A DNA stretch of 64,000 nucleotides from an uncultured Bacilli bacterium (GCA_934086145.1 CAKOHV010000002.1:450-64449), one strand, 5' to 3'; shown: positions 9,926-20,567, counted from the first letter of the stretch. The notes: a model not told the origin generated them from the sequence alone. Translations and numbers: made by a program.

Positions 9926-11455
9926 CTATTTTTCTTTATAGTAATTAGTATTTGAGGCCATGCTTGTTACATCTTCAGCCATCTTTTTACTACTACTTCC
10001 ATTATATAAATACATATCACCATATCGTTTAGAAGAACTAAAGTCTTTTAAGTAATAGATATTTTTATCATTAACATAAACGTAACGATAGACATCTGAA
10101 TCAATCTTTTTTCCTTTACCACCAGTTGTTGTATACAAATCGCCTGAATTAGATGTGTAATCTTTTAGATAGTAAATTCTATTTCCTTTAATTGAAACTC
10201 TTAAATATGAAGCATAAACATCTGAATCAATCTTTTTACCCTTGTTTCCAGTGACGAAATATAAATCACCATTTGATCTCTTATCAGTATCAGCAACTAA
10301 TACTAAGCCTTTTTTGTAAGTTGTAAATCCACTTGGTGCATCTTCTAAAACCGTTTTCACATCACCTATTTTACTACCATTAATCTTAGCATATTTTAAT
10401 TCAGAATCGTCATTAATATAATAAATGCCTTTGCCATTATAAATATATGCAGTAGGTGATTTTTCTAAATCCTCATCAATCTTAACTTCATCACCTTTAA
10501 CCGCCTTTTTATAGTATAAAATAAATTTTTTATCATCTATTTTAGTATAAACAACTTGTTTATTAGCTACATCAACATCAGCTATTTCATAAATCTCACT
10601 AGCGACTTTCTCGCCTTCTTTACCATTATAATAATAAAGTTTACTTTCACTATCATTTGTTACATAATACATATGCTTACAATTAGTATCACAATAGTAT
10701 TCTACAACATCTGAATCAACCTTGTCAGACTTCCCATTACTTATTGTATAATATTTTAAGTCTTTATCTTTATCGGTAATATAAACAACTTTTTTACCAT
10801 CTTCAGTTATTGAAGCATAATATACATTACTATCTTCTACTTTTACTTTATCATCTTTTTTAGCATTTAAACTTCTAATATATAGAGATCCATCTTTTAC
10901 ATATAAAACTTTAGTATCAGTACAAGCTTTAATTGATGTTACATCAGAATCTAATTTTTCTTTATCTTTTTTATAATTATAAGAATACAAATTACCATCT
11001 GAATCAACTGCCACAATATATTTGTCATTTGGTGTAAAATAAGCTACTGATAAATCACTAAGAATCTTTGTTGTATCATCTTTTTTCTTACTATTATATA
11101 AGTATAAGGCATTATTCTTTTCAAACAAGATATATCTATTAGTTTTATTAGCATACACAACATCTCTTGTTTCACTATCTGAAGAAATTTTAATGCCTTC
11201 TTTTTGACTCTTATTAGTAACCAATAACTCCCCATCAGCGTTTTGATAAACCATTGAATATTCTGGATATTCTCCATTGCCTGCGTTATTTTTGTTAACT
11301 ACAAGTAAGAATGCCAAAACAATTATGACAATTCCTATTATAAAGAAATGTCCTCCTTTAAATGGTCCAAATTGCTTTTGGGAAAATTCTTTAACTACTA
11401 AAAAATTAACTTTCATATCTTTCTTTGCTTTTTTTTCTTGTTCGTTACCTTCCAT
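9926..11455 (-). CDS. Membrane-anchored repeat protein (beta-propeller-like, Y/D/K-rich repeats)
   Basis: One N-terminal TM (FFIIGIVIIVLAFLLVV). After it come about 40-45-aa repeats of the type GxKxKIDSDVxxY...IYYLKD...GDLY. ATG at 11455 with GAGGAG 7 nt upstream; the GTG at 11470 lies inside that RBS. Confidence 0.6.
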   Translation of the reverse strand: MEGNEQEKKAKKDMKVNFLVVKEFSQKQFGPFKGGHFFIIGIVIIVLAFLLVVNKNNAGNGEYPEYSMVYQNADGELLVTNKSQKEGIKISSDSETRDVVYANKTNRYILFEKNNALYLYNSKKKDDTTKILSDLSVAYFTPNDKYIVAVDSDGNLYSYNYKKDKEKLDSDVTSIKACTDTKVLYVKDGSLYIRSLNAKKDDKVKVEDSNVYYASITEDGKKVVYITDKDKDLKYYTISNGKSDKVDSDVVEYYCDTNCKHMYYVTNDSESKLYYYNGKEGEKVASEIYEIADVDVANKQVVYTKIDDKKFILYYKKAVKGDEVKIDEDLEKSPTAYIYNGKGIYYINDDSELKYAKINGSKIGDVKTVLEDAPSGFTTYKKGLVLVADTDKRSNGDLYFVTGNKGKKIDSDVYASYLRVSIKGNRIYYLKDYTSNSGDLYTTTGGKGKKIDSDVYRYVYVNDKNIYYLKDFSSSKRYGDMYLYNGSSSKKMAEDVTSMASNTNYYKEK

Positions 11456-11527
11456 AAAAAAACTCCTCACTACGCATCTCTGCTATTTAAATTATAATAT
11501 TTAAAAAGAATAAAATCAATGCCCTTA

Positions 11528-12649
11528 TTAAACTAGGTTTTCGTATTCTTTTAAAATATAATCATCCGTCATCCCCGCTATATAATCAATAACTTTCCGT
11601 TCCATCGATGTTTCTTCTAGGTATTGTGCACTCATGTCATTTAAAAAAACGGTAAAAATATTTTTAGTCGTATCATTACTTTTTAAAGCTTTTAAACATT
11701 TATCAAAGACTGTATTAAAAACTGTTTTATAAAATTCTAACATTTCCTCAGTATTAGCATGGGCATATATATGCTCATAATTAAATTTTTTTAACTTCTT
11801 TATGGCTTCAAAAACTTCATCACTCATCGCTAAATAATTTTTATTTAAACTATGGGCGAGAATATCATTAATTATCGTATCAATTATTTGGGCATTAGTA
11901 ATACCTAAAACATCTGTTATATCTTTTGGTATACTATCAACTTCAATAATTCCTAATCTTATAGCATCTTCTATATCTCGGCCTATATAAGCAATAATAT
12001 CACTAACTCGCACAACACAACCTTCTAAGGTCATTGGTACTAATTTTTTTATTAAACCTTTTTCTTTATATGAATCATAGTATTGTTTTAAAAATTTGGC
12101 TTTAGTCTTTTTAACGGGACGATACTCTTTTAATTCTAATTCTCCATTATGACACATAATAGCATCTAAGACTTGTAAAGTAATATTACTTCCAACCCCA
12201 TTGTTTTCTAAAAACATTAAAGTTCGGACACTTTGAATATTATGATTAAAGTAGCCGGCGCCAACTCTTACACTTATCTCATTTAAAATATGTTCACCAG
12301 CATGACCAAAAGGTACATGTCCTAAGTCATGACCCAAAGCGGCCGCTTCGATCAAATCTTCATTTAAACAAAGAGCCCGCCCAATCGTTCGTGCCACTTT
12401 ACTAACCATTTGAACATGCGTCATTCTTTTACTAATATTGTCATTATCATTAAAACTAAAAACCTGTGTTTTATCCATATACCTAGTATAAGAAAGAGAA
12501 TAAATAATCCGATCTATATCGCGATAAAAAGGTGTTCTAATACTTTCCTTTACTGCAAAAAAACGAATTGCTTCATCATCTTTACACGCAAAAGGCGATA
12601 AATAATTATTTTTAACTAACATATTTTTTTTGATAGTTTTCCAATCCAT
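11528..12649 (-). CDS. HD-domain dNTP triphosphohydrolase-like protein (dGTPase family)
   Basis: 373 aa with the HD motif in AALGHDLGHVPFGHAGEH and length typical of dGTPase-like proteins. Confidence 0.75.
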   Translation of the reverse strand: MDWKTIKKNMLVKNNYLSPFACKDDEAIRFFAVKESIRTPFYRDIDRIIYSLSYTRYMDKTQVFSFNDNDNISKRMTHVQMVSKVARTIGRALCLNEDLIEAAALGHDLGHVPFGHAGEHILNEISVRVGAGYFNHNIQSVRTLMFLENNGVGSNITLQVLDAIMCHNGELELKEYRPVKKTKAKFLKQYYDSYKEKGLIKKLVPMTLEGCVVRVSDIIAYIGRDIEDAIRLGIIEVDSIPKDITDVLGITNAQIIDTIINDILAHSLNKNYLAMSDEVFEAIKKLKKFNYEHIYAHANTEEMLEFYKTVFNTVFDKCLKALKSNDTTKNIFTVFLNDMSAQYLEETSMERKVIDYIAGMTDDYILKEYENLV

Positions 12650-12672
12650 CTTACCTCACCTTGTCCATTTAT

Positions 12673-13836
12673 CTATTTTATTCTAATTTCAATATCACTT
12701 ACAGGATATGTACAACATGGATGAATATAATTCTCATCTTGTTCATTCTTATCGCGTTTATCATTAACTACTTTAACCTTGCCGTTAATAAGCTTCGTTC
12801 GACATAGCCCACAACGCCCCGTATGGCACGCACTAGGAACATATATTTTAGCCTTCTCTAACGCTTCTAAAATTGTCTTATTATTAAAACACTCACATTT
12901 CAAAAAAGCCTCTTCAATTCTAACTATCATATTATACTTTTTAATTTTCTTAATATTACATTTAGGTAAATATTCTTCATACCTAATAAACTTTCGCGGT
13001 AATTTAAACTCTTCTAATTCTTTATTTAAGTACTTTAAGAAGCCTTCATAGCCACATGCAAAAATAGAAAATTCACTTAATCCTAACTCTTTAATCAATT
13101 CCGAAGTTATAAAACCATTTAAGTATCCTTCAACTTCTTCATCACTTAAGATAATTTCTAAATTAAAATTATCTAACTCATCAGCTAATCTAAATAATTC
13201 TCTTTTAAAAATAATATCTTCTTCTCGACGACAATTATATAATAAATATAAATTATAGTCTTCATCATGCGCTTCTAAAGCTTTCGCCATAGCTAAGAAT
13301 GGTGTTATTCCCCTTCCGGATGCTAAACCGACAACATTTTTATTATCACGTAACTTCGTATAATAGAAATTACCAAAAGGCCCCGAAATAGTAAGTTTTT
13401 CCCCTATTTGCGCTTCATCTACCAAATAAGTAGACATTGTTCCATTCTCAACCTTTTCAACCGTAATTCTATATTCTCCCTTTGAAGCATCATCTAAAGA
13501 AGAAGTAATAGCATAAGGCCTTGTAATAAATTTACCATCAATCATTTTGGTAACAGTTATATATTGCCCTGCTCTAAAATAAGGCAATTTCTTTTCATCA
13601 TTAGCTTTTAAAACCAAACTCTTACATATTGCTGTTTCTCTAATGATATTTTTAATATAAACTTCCTCTTCCTTAACCGCCAAGCCCTTTTTTAATTTTT
13701 CTAATGGTTTATTCTTTTCTATTAAGTCATTAGCTCCATCTAAAAGCCAATCTTCACGATCCAAAGCTAAGTTTTTATATTTTAACAAATCTAATTTACT
13801 TAAAGAACTAATTTTTACTTTTACCATCCTATTCAC
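12673..13836 (-). CDS. Ferredoxin-NAD(P)+ reductase-like flavoprotein with C-terminal 2Fe-2S ferredoxin domain
   Basis: Motifs seen: RPYAITS (RxYS FAD site), GLASGRGITP (NAD(P) site), and C-terminal CHTGRCGLC...CC (plant-type 2Fe-2S pattern). Confidence 0.7.
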   Translation of the reverse strand: MNRMVKVKISSLSKLDLLKYKNLALDREDWLLDGANDLIEKNKPLEKLKKGLAVKEEEVYIKNIIRETAICKSLVLKANDEKKLPYFRAGQYITVTKMIDGKFITRPYAITSSLDDASKGEYRITVEKVENGTMSTYLVDEAQIGEKLTISGPFGNFYYTKLRDNKNVVGLASGRGITPFLAMAKALEAHDEDYNLYLLYNCRREEDIIFKRELFRLADELDNFNLEIILSDEEVEGYLNGFITSELIKELGLSEFSIFACGYEGFLKYLNKELEEFKLPRKFIRYEEYLPKCNIKKIKKYNMIVRIEEAFLKCECFNNKTILEALEKAKIYVPSACHTGRCGLCRTKLINGKVKVVNDKRDKNEQDENYIHPCCTYPVSDIEIRIK

Positions 13837-15349
13837 CTTCTATATCTTTTATTGTATACCAAGCACTCTTCATTCCTGCTAAATATAAAGCTTCACTAGT
13901 GGCTCCATAATAAGAATAAGCTCCACCAAACCTTAAACCTTTAAAAATAAGTTCTTTAGATGCTGTTAAAAGACGGGGTAAAACATTATCTAAGCCCTCC
14001 AATTTATAACCATTAATTTGATTATTAGTTCGCAAAGCAAAGGAAACCGGTGTTAAGATTTCAATCTCTTCAATATAATCACTAATATTAACGCCAATTT
14101 TTTTGGAAAATAAATCAATCATTCGACTAGCTATTCTTTCACTTTCACTATAATAATTATCAAGACTTACACTACTCTCAAAGACATTGGTAGAAAAATA
14201 AGAGGTTAACGTAACAATACTGGTTCCTTCTAAGCTAGCATTCGGACATACCTTATTAATACATTGTACTAAAACATCATTATTTTCTCCTATTAAACCC
14301 ATTTTAGAATATTCCACATCACTATCTAAACTATTATATAAATAATAACTATAGTTTTTAATTCCTAGTTCTTCTATTGAACGATTTAAACCTAAATATA
14401 CCTTAACCTCACGCATTCCTAGTTTTCTTTGATTACAAAAACGCAAAGCTTTATCATTTAATTCTTCTGGATTTACCATCTGACTAACTAAAGTATTAGG
14501 ACTAATATTCGCAATTAAATGATTCGTATAATAAATAGTTCCATCATTAACCATAACGGCATTAACTTCACCATAAGTTGTCATAATTTTTTTTACTTCA
14601 CAATTATACTTAATCTCTCCATGATTTTCTAAATAACGATCTAGTAATTTATAAAGAATTTCACTTGTTTTATGAACTGGTATATAAAGACCTAAATCAA
14701 TATAATCATAAAAACTTGCCGCATAAGTAACAAATGATAACTCTGTTTCTGTTGATCCAAACAAAAGCCAAAAAACATTTAAGACTTCTTGAATTTCCAA
14801 TGGAATACCTAGAGCATCCATAACTTTACTTACTGAATAAGAAGCTATTCTAACAAAATTATCATAGTTTTCTTTCATATAATCTTGATCAACTAAACCA
14901 TCTTTTTCATCAATATATTTTAAGGCCTCACGACATTCCGAAGCCAAATCAAAAAAAGGTGTTAAATACTTAGTTGAACCAGGAAAATATTCTTCCATTC
15001 GTTTAATAAAACGTTCAATGCCAAAAGGTAATGTAAAATCTTTTCCACTTCCATCATCCGTTATAACACGAAAAGCTTCTGGTAACCTAACTAACTTTAA
15101 ATCATCGGCTATCTTTAATTCATCAAACACTTTATTTAAATAACCACTTTTATTAGTCATATCGTATAAACCTAGAGGGGTATATGATGTATCAAAACTA
15201 AATCTTCCTTTAACAAAGGTTTTATTATAACCTAAACAATCATTGTTCTTTTCTAAAATTAAAACTTTATATCCTTCTAAAGCAACTTTTAAGCCAGCTA
15301 CTAAACCACTTATGCCCGCACCAATTACTATAACATCATAATCATTCAT
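13829..15349 (-). CDS. FAD/NAD(P)-dependent oxidoreductase (phytoene-desaturase/amine-oxidase-like)
   Basis: N-terminal dinucleotide fold YDVIVIGAGISGLVAGLKVALEGYKVLILEKN. It overlaps the downstream reductase gene by 8 nt. Confidence 0.7.
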   Translation of the reverse strand: MNDYDVIVIGAGISGLVAGLKVALEGYKVLILEKNNDCLGYNKTFVKGRFSFDTSYTPLGLYDMTNKSGYLNKVFDELKIADDLKLVRLPEAFRVITDDGSGKDFTLPFGIERFIKRMEEYFPGSTKYLTPFFDLASECREALKYIDEKDGLVDQDYMKENYDNFVRIASYSVSKVMDALGIPLEIQEVLNVFWLLFGSTETELSFVTYAASFYDYIDLGLYIPVHKTSEILYKLLDRYLENHGEIKYNCEVKKIMTTYGEVNAVMVNDGTIYYTNHLIANISPNTLVSQMVNPEELNDKALRFCNQRKLGMREVKVYLGLNRSIEELGIKNYSYYLYNSLDSDVEYSKMGLIGENNDVLVQCINKVCPNASLEGTSIVTLTSYFSTNVFESSVSLDNYYSESERIASRMIDLFSKKIGVNISDYIEEIEILTPVSFALRTNNQINGYKLEGLDNVLPRLLTASKELIFKGLRFGGAYSYYGATSEALYLAGMKSAWYTIKDIEGE

Positions 15350-15407
15350 CTAAATTCCTCTATTCTAAGTAAAATTATAACATTAAAAAAAGAGTATTTC
15401 TACTCCT

Positions 15408-16988
15408 CTATTTAAATAATTGTTCTTTCATTTTTTGATAATTTAAAAGAATATATCCTAAAATAATAAGACTTCCTAAAATCAAGATAAAAATATGCGT
15501 ACAAACTGCTATCACATATCTACGATAAACTGGTAATAAAAATGGTACTATTCCAATAACTAAAGACACCATTAAAGGAATAAAAATAATTAAACGTTGT
15601 TTAACAATTAAGTCTTCATCTTTCTCTTTCCAAGCACAGAACTTAAAGTCTAATAATATTCCTAAAAGACTTGTAAAAATACAGGCCACAAAAGGGAAAA
15701 CAAAGGAAGCTATTTTCATAAATACCGTTGTGTTAAAAGTCATATTTAAAATTAACCAATTTATTATTATAAAAGGTCCATTAATTATGGTACTAACCAA
15801 AAACTTAACCAATAAAACATTCGCAAAACGTAACGGAATTACTTTATATAATAAAATATTTTCTCTTTCAATTGATAAAGAAGAAACACTATAACAATTA
15901 ATACTAGCTAATAAAGCTAATATTCCCGGAACATACAAATTAAAATAATATTTAAAGTATTCCATCTTTTCAATTTTATTAATTGGTAATAACACACAAA
16001 CAAGAAAAAAGATTAAGGAAAGTCCCAAGCCTAATGAAAGGACTTGACGTAAATATACTTTGTTATTCCATAAACTAATTAACTCTTTTTTAAATAAACT
16101 AACAAATTTTCCATGTTGTTTAACCTTCAAAGCAAGAACTTTTTTCTTAATTTTAACTCCTCTTAATAAAGAACCCATTTTTAAATAATTATAAGATAAG
16201 AACTTAATAAATAAAATAAATAAAATAATTGGTAATGAAAGAGCTAACAAAATAATTACTACATTTAAATTATTTAAAGCAAGATTAGCTAAATACAAAA
16301 AAGGATCAATAATATTTATTTTTTTAATTAATTGGCTAACTAAACCAGATAAACTTTTATAATGAATATTTCTAAATAATAGATAACCACCACCTAATAA
16401 CAAGCCATATATTAATGTTTTACTTAAAATATAAACAATTTTTTGATAATTAACTTTAAGATAGTTATTAAGAAAAGAACAAATTGTGGCAATAACAATT
16501 GGGACTAAAGGTAAAGTTAAAACAATTAATAAATATACAAACCCCATCGTCTCATCCACTTTGACATAATTATTATAAGCTAAGATAGCCGGCAAACAAA
16601 TAACTAACAAGTAAAATAAATTTTTCAAATAAACTTTAAAAAGCTTACTTAAAATAATTTGTTCTTTTGTCAGTGGTAACGAGTATAAAACCTCAAACTC
16701 TGATGTATTAAATAAGGTTCCCGATATTGATAATAAATCATTAAACAAGAGCATTATTGTACAAACAATACAAGAAATATTTAAAAGATCTACTTTATTT
16801 AAAATGATACTTCCTAATAAATTGTAGATATAATACAAGGCAATTCCTAAACCAATCCCAATTATGGCTAAAAAAATTAATTTTAGTTCTGAAGAATCAT
16901 TAACATCTGCTTGTTTAGACATCTGGACACGATTTATATCCCCCAAATCTAAAATATTGACATAAATTAACTTGATTAACTTATTCAT
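15408..16988 (-). CDS. Polytopic membrane protein, putative ABC exporter permease
   Basis: 526 aa with many hydrophobic helices. It overlaps the upstream ABC ATPase gene by 8 nt. Confidence 0.6.
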   Translation of the reverse strand: MNKLIKLIYVNILDLGDINRVQMSKQADVNDSSELKLIFLAIIGIGLGIALYYIYNLLGSIILNKVDLLNISCIVCTIMLLFNDLLSISGTLFNTSEFEVLYSLPLTKEQIILSKLFKVYLKNLFYLLVICLPAILAYNNYVKVDETMGFVYLLIVLTLPLVPIVIATICSFLNNYLKVNYQKIVYILSKTLIYGLLLGGGYLLFRNIHYKSLSGLVSQLIKKINIIDPFLYLANLALNNLNVVIILLALSLPIILFILFIKFLSYNYLKMGSLLRGVKIKKKVLALKVKQHGKFVSLFKKELISLWNNKVYLRQVLSLGLGLSLIFFLVCVLLPINKIEKMEYFKYYFNLYVPGILALLASINCYSVSSLSIERENILLYKVIPLRFANVLLVKFLVSTIINGPFIIINWLILNMTFNTTVFMKIASFVFPFVACIFTSLLGILLDFKFCAWKEKDEDLIVKQRLIIFIPLMVSLVIGIVPFLLPVYRRYVIAVCTHIFILILGSLIILGYILLNYQKMKEQLFK

Positions 16989-17694
16989 CTTTCTCCAACT
17001 CCATAAACACTTCTTCTAATGACTTATCTTGAATAACTCGCTTCATTGTTCCATCAGCTACTAAGATTCCATCTTTAATAATAGCAATTTTATTACATAG
17101 CTTTTGAGCCACTTCCAAAACATGAGTTGAAAAGAAAATAATTTTTCCTTGCTCAGCTTTTTCTTTTAAGATTTCTTTTAAGGTCATACTAGCTTTAGGA
17201 TCAAGACCAACAAATGGTTCATCTAAGATATATAATTTAGGATCATGAACAAGCGCCGCAATTAAAATAAGTTTCTGCTTCATTCCATGAGAATAACTAT
17301 CAATTAAGTTTCCTAAATCATTATATAATTCAAATCTTTTAGCATATTCTTCAATTCTTTCTTGGCGTTTTTTTTCAGGTACTTCATACATATCAGCAAT
17401 AAAATTAATATATTGAATGCCCGTTAAATGTTCATACAAAGTCGGTGTATCCGGAATATAAGCAATCATTTTTTTATATGTTAAAGGGTCTTTTAAAATA
17501 CTAACTTGATCTAATAGTATGTCCCCTTCTGTAATATGATTAATTCCAACTATTGATTTGATTGTTGTACTCTTACCAGCCCCATTACGCCCAACAAAAG
17601 CATATATATCGCCCTCTTTAACATATAAATTTAAGCTTTTAATTATTTTTTTCCCCTTAAAATACTCCAAAGAATAATTCTTTACTTCAAGCAT
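16981..17694 (-). CDS. ABC transporter ATP-binding protein
   Basis: Walker A GRNGAGKST, signature-like YSHGMKQKL, Walker B LYILDEP. Confidence 0.9.
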   Translation of the reverse strand: MLEVKNYSLEYFKGKKIIKSLNLYVKEGDIYAFVGRNGAGKSTTIKSIVGINHITEGDILLDQVSILKDPLTYKKMIAYIPDTPTLYEHLTGIQYINFIADMYEVPEKKRQERIEEYAKRFELYNDLGNLIDSYSHGMKQKLILIAALVHDPKLYILDEPFVGLDPKASMTLKEILKEKAEQGKIIFFSTHVLEVAQKLCNKIAIIKDGILVADGTMKRVIQDKSLEEVFMELEKDE

Positions 17695-18215
17695 TAAAAA
17701 TCACCTTTTTCTATTATTTTTTGTTCATTTCTCAAAACTTCATAAATTACTTTGGCATTTTCTTTTTGATTTCTAAAGCCTTTCCCGACCAACCATCTTC
17801 CATAAACAATTTTTAACTGACGAAAGCGACCGACCTCATCAACAAAAGATATTTTAACTTTACTTATTAACCAACCTTTTTTAATCTCTACATTTTTCAG
17901 AGCATCTTTTCGTACTTCATATGCTTCCTTTACTTTATGAGTAAAATAATTTACTCTAACGATAATAATCTTGTTTTCTGTAATACCAAGAGCGCCAATA
18001 TTATCACATAAAAACCAAAAATAATAACCAAACGAAATAATAAAAGCTATTCCAAACAATTTGGGCCAAAAATTTAAGACTAATACCCATAAAAGAAAAA
18101 TTATCAAAAATGTTTTACCTAAGTTAGTTTGAAAAGTTGCATAAACACCATTATCTATTTTTTCTTCACTATGTTTCTGCAAACAGTTTAAAAAGAAACC
18201 TAAATCTTTTATCAT
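17694..18215 (-). CDS. Small membrane protein, bacterial PH-domain-like (YdbS/DUF304-like topology)
   Basis: Two TM helices followed by a soluble domain of about 80 aa. ATG at 18215 after AGGTGA. Its stop is adjacent to the ABC ATPase start. Confidence 0.4.
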   Translation of the reverse strand: MIKDLGFFLNCLQKHSEEKIDNGVYATFQTNLGKTFLIIFLLWVLVLNFWPKLFGIAFIISFGYYFWFLCDNIGALGITENKIIIVRVNYFTHKVKEAYEVRKDALKNVEIKKGWLISKVKISFVDEVGRFRQLKIVYGRWLVGKGFRNQKENAKVIYEVLRNEQKIIEKGDF

Positions 18216-18287
18216 AACTTCACCTAAAGAAATTATACCATAAAAACTGGCACACAAAAAGATTAGTTATAAATTACAACTAATCTT

Positions 18288-20045
18288 TTATTGACGATAT
18301 TTTTTTAATTCTTTTGATAAACTACATTCATCATCGTCCTCGATAATATCAAACATACATTGACCATTTTCGACAATTGGGGCCTTTAAAGTAACTCCAT
18401 CTTCCCCTACTAACAATAAATTGTCACCTTCAATACCAAAACAGCAATAGAACAAACCTTCTCTTACTTCATCAAGTAAACTTTTATCTTGCCCACGATA
18501 TTTTACTTTATAAAAATTATTAAAATAACCATCGCGCAAAGCAATTAAAACCGCACATAAGTGTTCACAATAAAGTTCTTCCTCACAATTACACCAAATC
18601 ATGGCAAAATCATCATTAATTTGATGAAAAATTACTAAATGTGGTTCCTTATCATCAACAAGCGCCACATACTTATCTTCTAGCTTTTCTAAGAATAGAA
18701 CTTTGCCCTTCTCATATTCCTTTTGGCCTTTTTTAATTAAACTATCACTAAAGACAGTTGTTAAATCAGACTTGAAAAGATCAAACTTAATTGGTTTTAA
18801 AGCATTATATTTATCGGCCATTCCATCTAATAAACCAAATATTTCATTTAACATAACATCCATACCTCTTGGTAAATAAGAGAATAAAATAACAATGAAA
18901 TCGCCTAAGAATTCTAATTCTTCAGGTAAGAAACGATCAAAAACATACTCTCTTTTTATTCCATCAAAAATATTAGTTACTACAACTCGATCACCATATA
19001 TTTTATCATCACTAAAATTAGCACTTGAAGTAAAGGTATTAGCTAAAATATTAACTACTTTATTAGCTAAATAACTAGTCATCGTTTGAATATTAACATA
19101 ATTCTCGATATGTTTTAAATCTATAAAATTCAAATCAACCCAAACAACTTTATAAGCTTTAACAGTATCATCATAATCAAACCTTATATAAATATTATTT
19201 CCATTATAGTTACATAGCAAGATTGAAGCATATTCAATGTGTCCTTTTTTAGTTAAATACTTATCAATCTTAGAAAATACCTTATGTTGTTCCTTAGATT
19301 TTTCTCTATCAAATAAAACACGTTGTTTATCTAATTCATTTATAAATTTTTTCTTAGCTTTCATTGTTTCATTCTTAACACGAGCCGTAATATCTTTAAT
19401 TAATTTCTCACTAGCTTCAAAATTAAAAGCGGAAACCAATCTCTTGTATAAACCACCACGACTAAGTAATATTTCTTTAACCTTTTTCGTAATTTCTTCT
19501 GTACTATCTTTCTTAATTTGCCCAGCAGCTTTCTTAAATCCATTAATAATATTATAAGAAATTATATTATCAACTGCATATATAACAAATAAACTAATAG
19601 CTATCGAATTAAGCACAACTACCGGAATATTAGCTAATATTTTAGTAAAGAAAGGATTAATTAAATACATCATCACCAAGCCTAAAACACCAAATGCTAT
19701 CAAATTATCCAAACAGATACGTCCATTAAGATTATATTTCTTGTCAGAATAATCCCACCATCTAGCTTTAAACAACTTTTCCATAATATAACTTGTAAAA
19801 TATTCCAAAATTGAACAAATTAAAGTTGCCATGGCAAACAAAACAAAAGGATCATCTAAATATTTATGTAATAAAATAATAATTAATAAACATCCATTAC
19901 CATATATTGGACATATTGGTCCTATTAAAAAACCTCTATTAACCAATTTTTTAGTTGTATATAACGTTACAAGAACTTCCATACACCAACCAAAGAAAGA
20001 ATATAAAATAAACAGAATAAACAATGAAGCTAAGTTATATTGCAT
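18288..20045 (-). CDS. Fusion protein: N-terminal polytopic membrane domain (PF06541/DUF1113-like) + large cytoplasmic domain with SWIM-type zinc finger
   Basis: The N-terminus (LYSFFGWCMEVL...VNRGFLIGPICPIYGNG) matches my recollection of the 'putative ABC-transporter type IV' family. The C-terminal region has CNCEEELYCEH (CxC...CxH). Confidence 0.55.
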   Translation of the reverse strand: MQYNLASLFILFILYSFFGWCMEVLVTLYTTKKLVNRGFLIGPICPIYGNGCLLIIILLHKYLDDPFVLFAMATLICSILEYFTSYIMEKLFKARWWDYSDKKYNLNGRICLDNLIAFGVLGLVMMYLINPFFTKILANIPVVVLNSIAISLFVIYAVDNIISYNIINGFKKAAGQIKKDSTEEITKKVKEILLSRGGLYKRLVSAFNFEASEKLIKDITARVKNETMKAKKKFINELDKQRVLFDREKSKEQHKVFSKIDKYLTKKGHIEYASILLCNYNGNNIYIRFDYDDTVKAYKVVWVDLNFIDLKHIENYVNIQTMTSYLANKVVNILANTFTSSANFSDDKIYGDRVVVTNIFDGIKREYVFDRFLPEELEFLGDFIVILFSYLPRGMDVMLNEIFGLLDGMADKYNALKPIKFDLFKSDLTTVFSDSLIKKGQKEYEKGKVLFLEKLEDKYVALVDDKEPHLVIFHQINDDFAMIWCNCEEELYCEHLCAVLIALRDGYFNNFYKVKYRGQDKSLLDEVREGLFYCCFGIEGDNLLLVGEDGVTLKAPIVENGQCMFDIIEDDDECSLSKELKKYRQ

Positions 20046-20091
20046 AAAACACACCACCATTTCCCATATTTTATCATAAAAATTACATTAT

Positions 20092-20550
20092 TTAATTTTT
20101 TTCTTCTAAATATCGTTCAAGTTTTCTTAAAAAATATTTTTGCCCCTGATAAATCTTCTGATAAGCCACTGCTAAGTCAAACCATTCAGCCTGGTCCATC
20201 TCTGAAAATTCTTTAATCTGGCCCGAACCAGGTGGCCATTCTTTCTTAAAAGTATTACTCACGATATTTGTCGTATCTAAATCTTTATTCACAATAAAAA
20301 TATTAAGGATCTTTTTATTCTTTTGCTTATGACCACCCAAATAAATTAATTCGTTTGCTAAAATTTTATGTCCACTCTCTTCATAAAATTCTCTTAAAGC
20401 AGCAGCTAAAGCTCCTTCACTTTTATACTCTCCTTTACAAATACTCCATTCATCTTTACCAATAGCATAAGGACCTCCTGGATGTTCTAAATAAACTTTT
20501 ACTTTACCTTCTTCGATTTTATAAGGTAAAATCCCTGCACTTCTTTTCAC
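20092..20550 (-). CDS. NUDIX hydrolase
   Basis: Nudix box GEYKSEGALAAALREFYEESG (Gx5Ex7REUxEExGU). Confidence 0.8.
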   Translation of the reverse strand: MKRSAGILPYKIEEGKVKVYLEHPGGPYAIGKDEWSICKGEYKSEGALAAALREFYEESGHKILANELIYLGGHKQKNKKILNIFIVNKDLDTTNIVSNTFKKEWPPGSGQIKEFSEMDQAEWFDLAVAYQKIYQGQKYFLRKLERYLEEKN

Positions 20551-20567
20551 AACTTTTCCTCCTCAAT

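Noticed and set aside
11528-12649. HD-domain dGTPase-like gene as an anti-phage dNTP-depletion defence gene
   Set aside because: It stands alone among housekeeping and redox genes with no neighbouring defence or mobile genes. A housekeeping dNTP triphosphohydrolase is the simpler reading.
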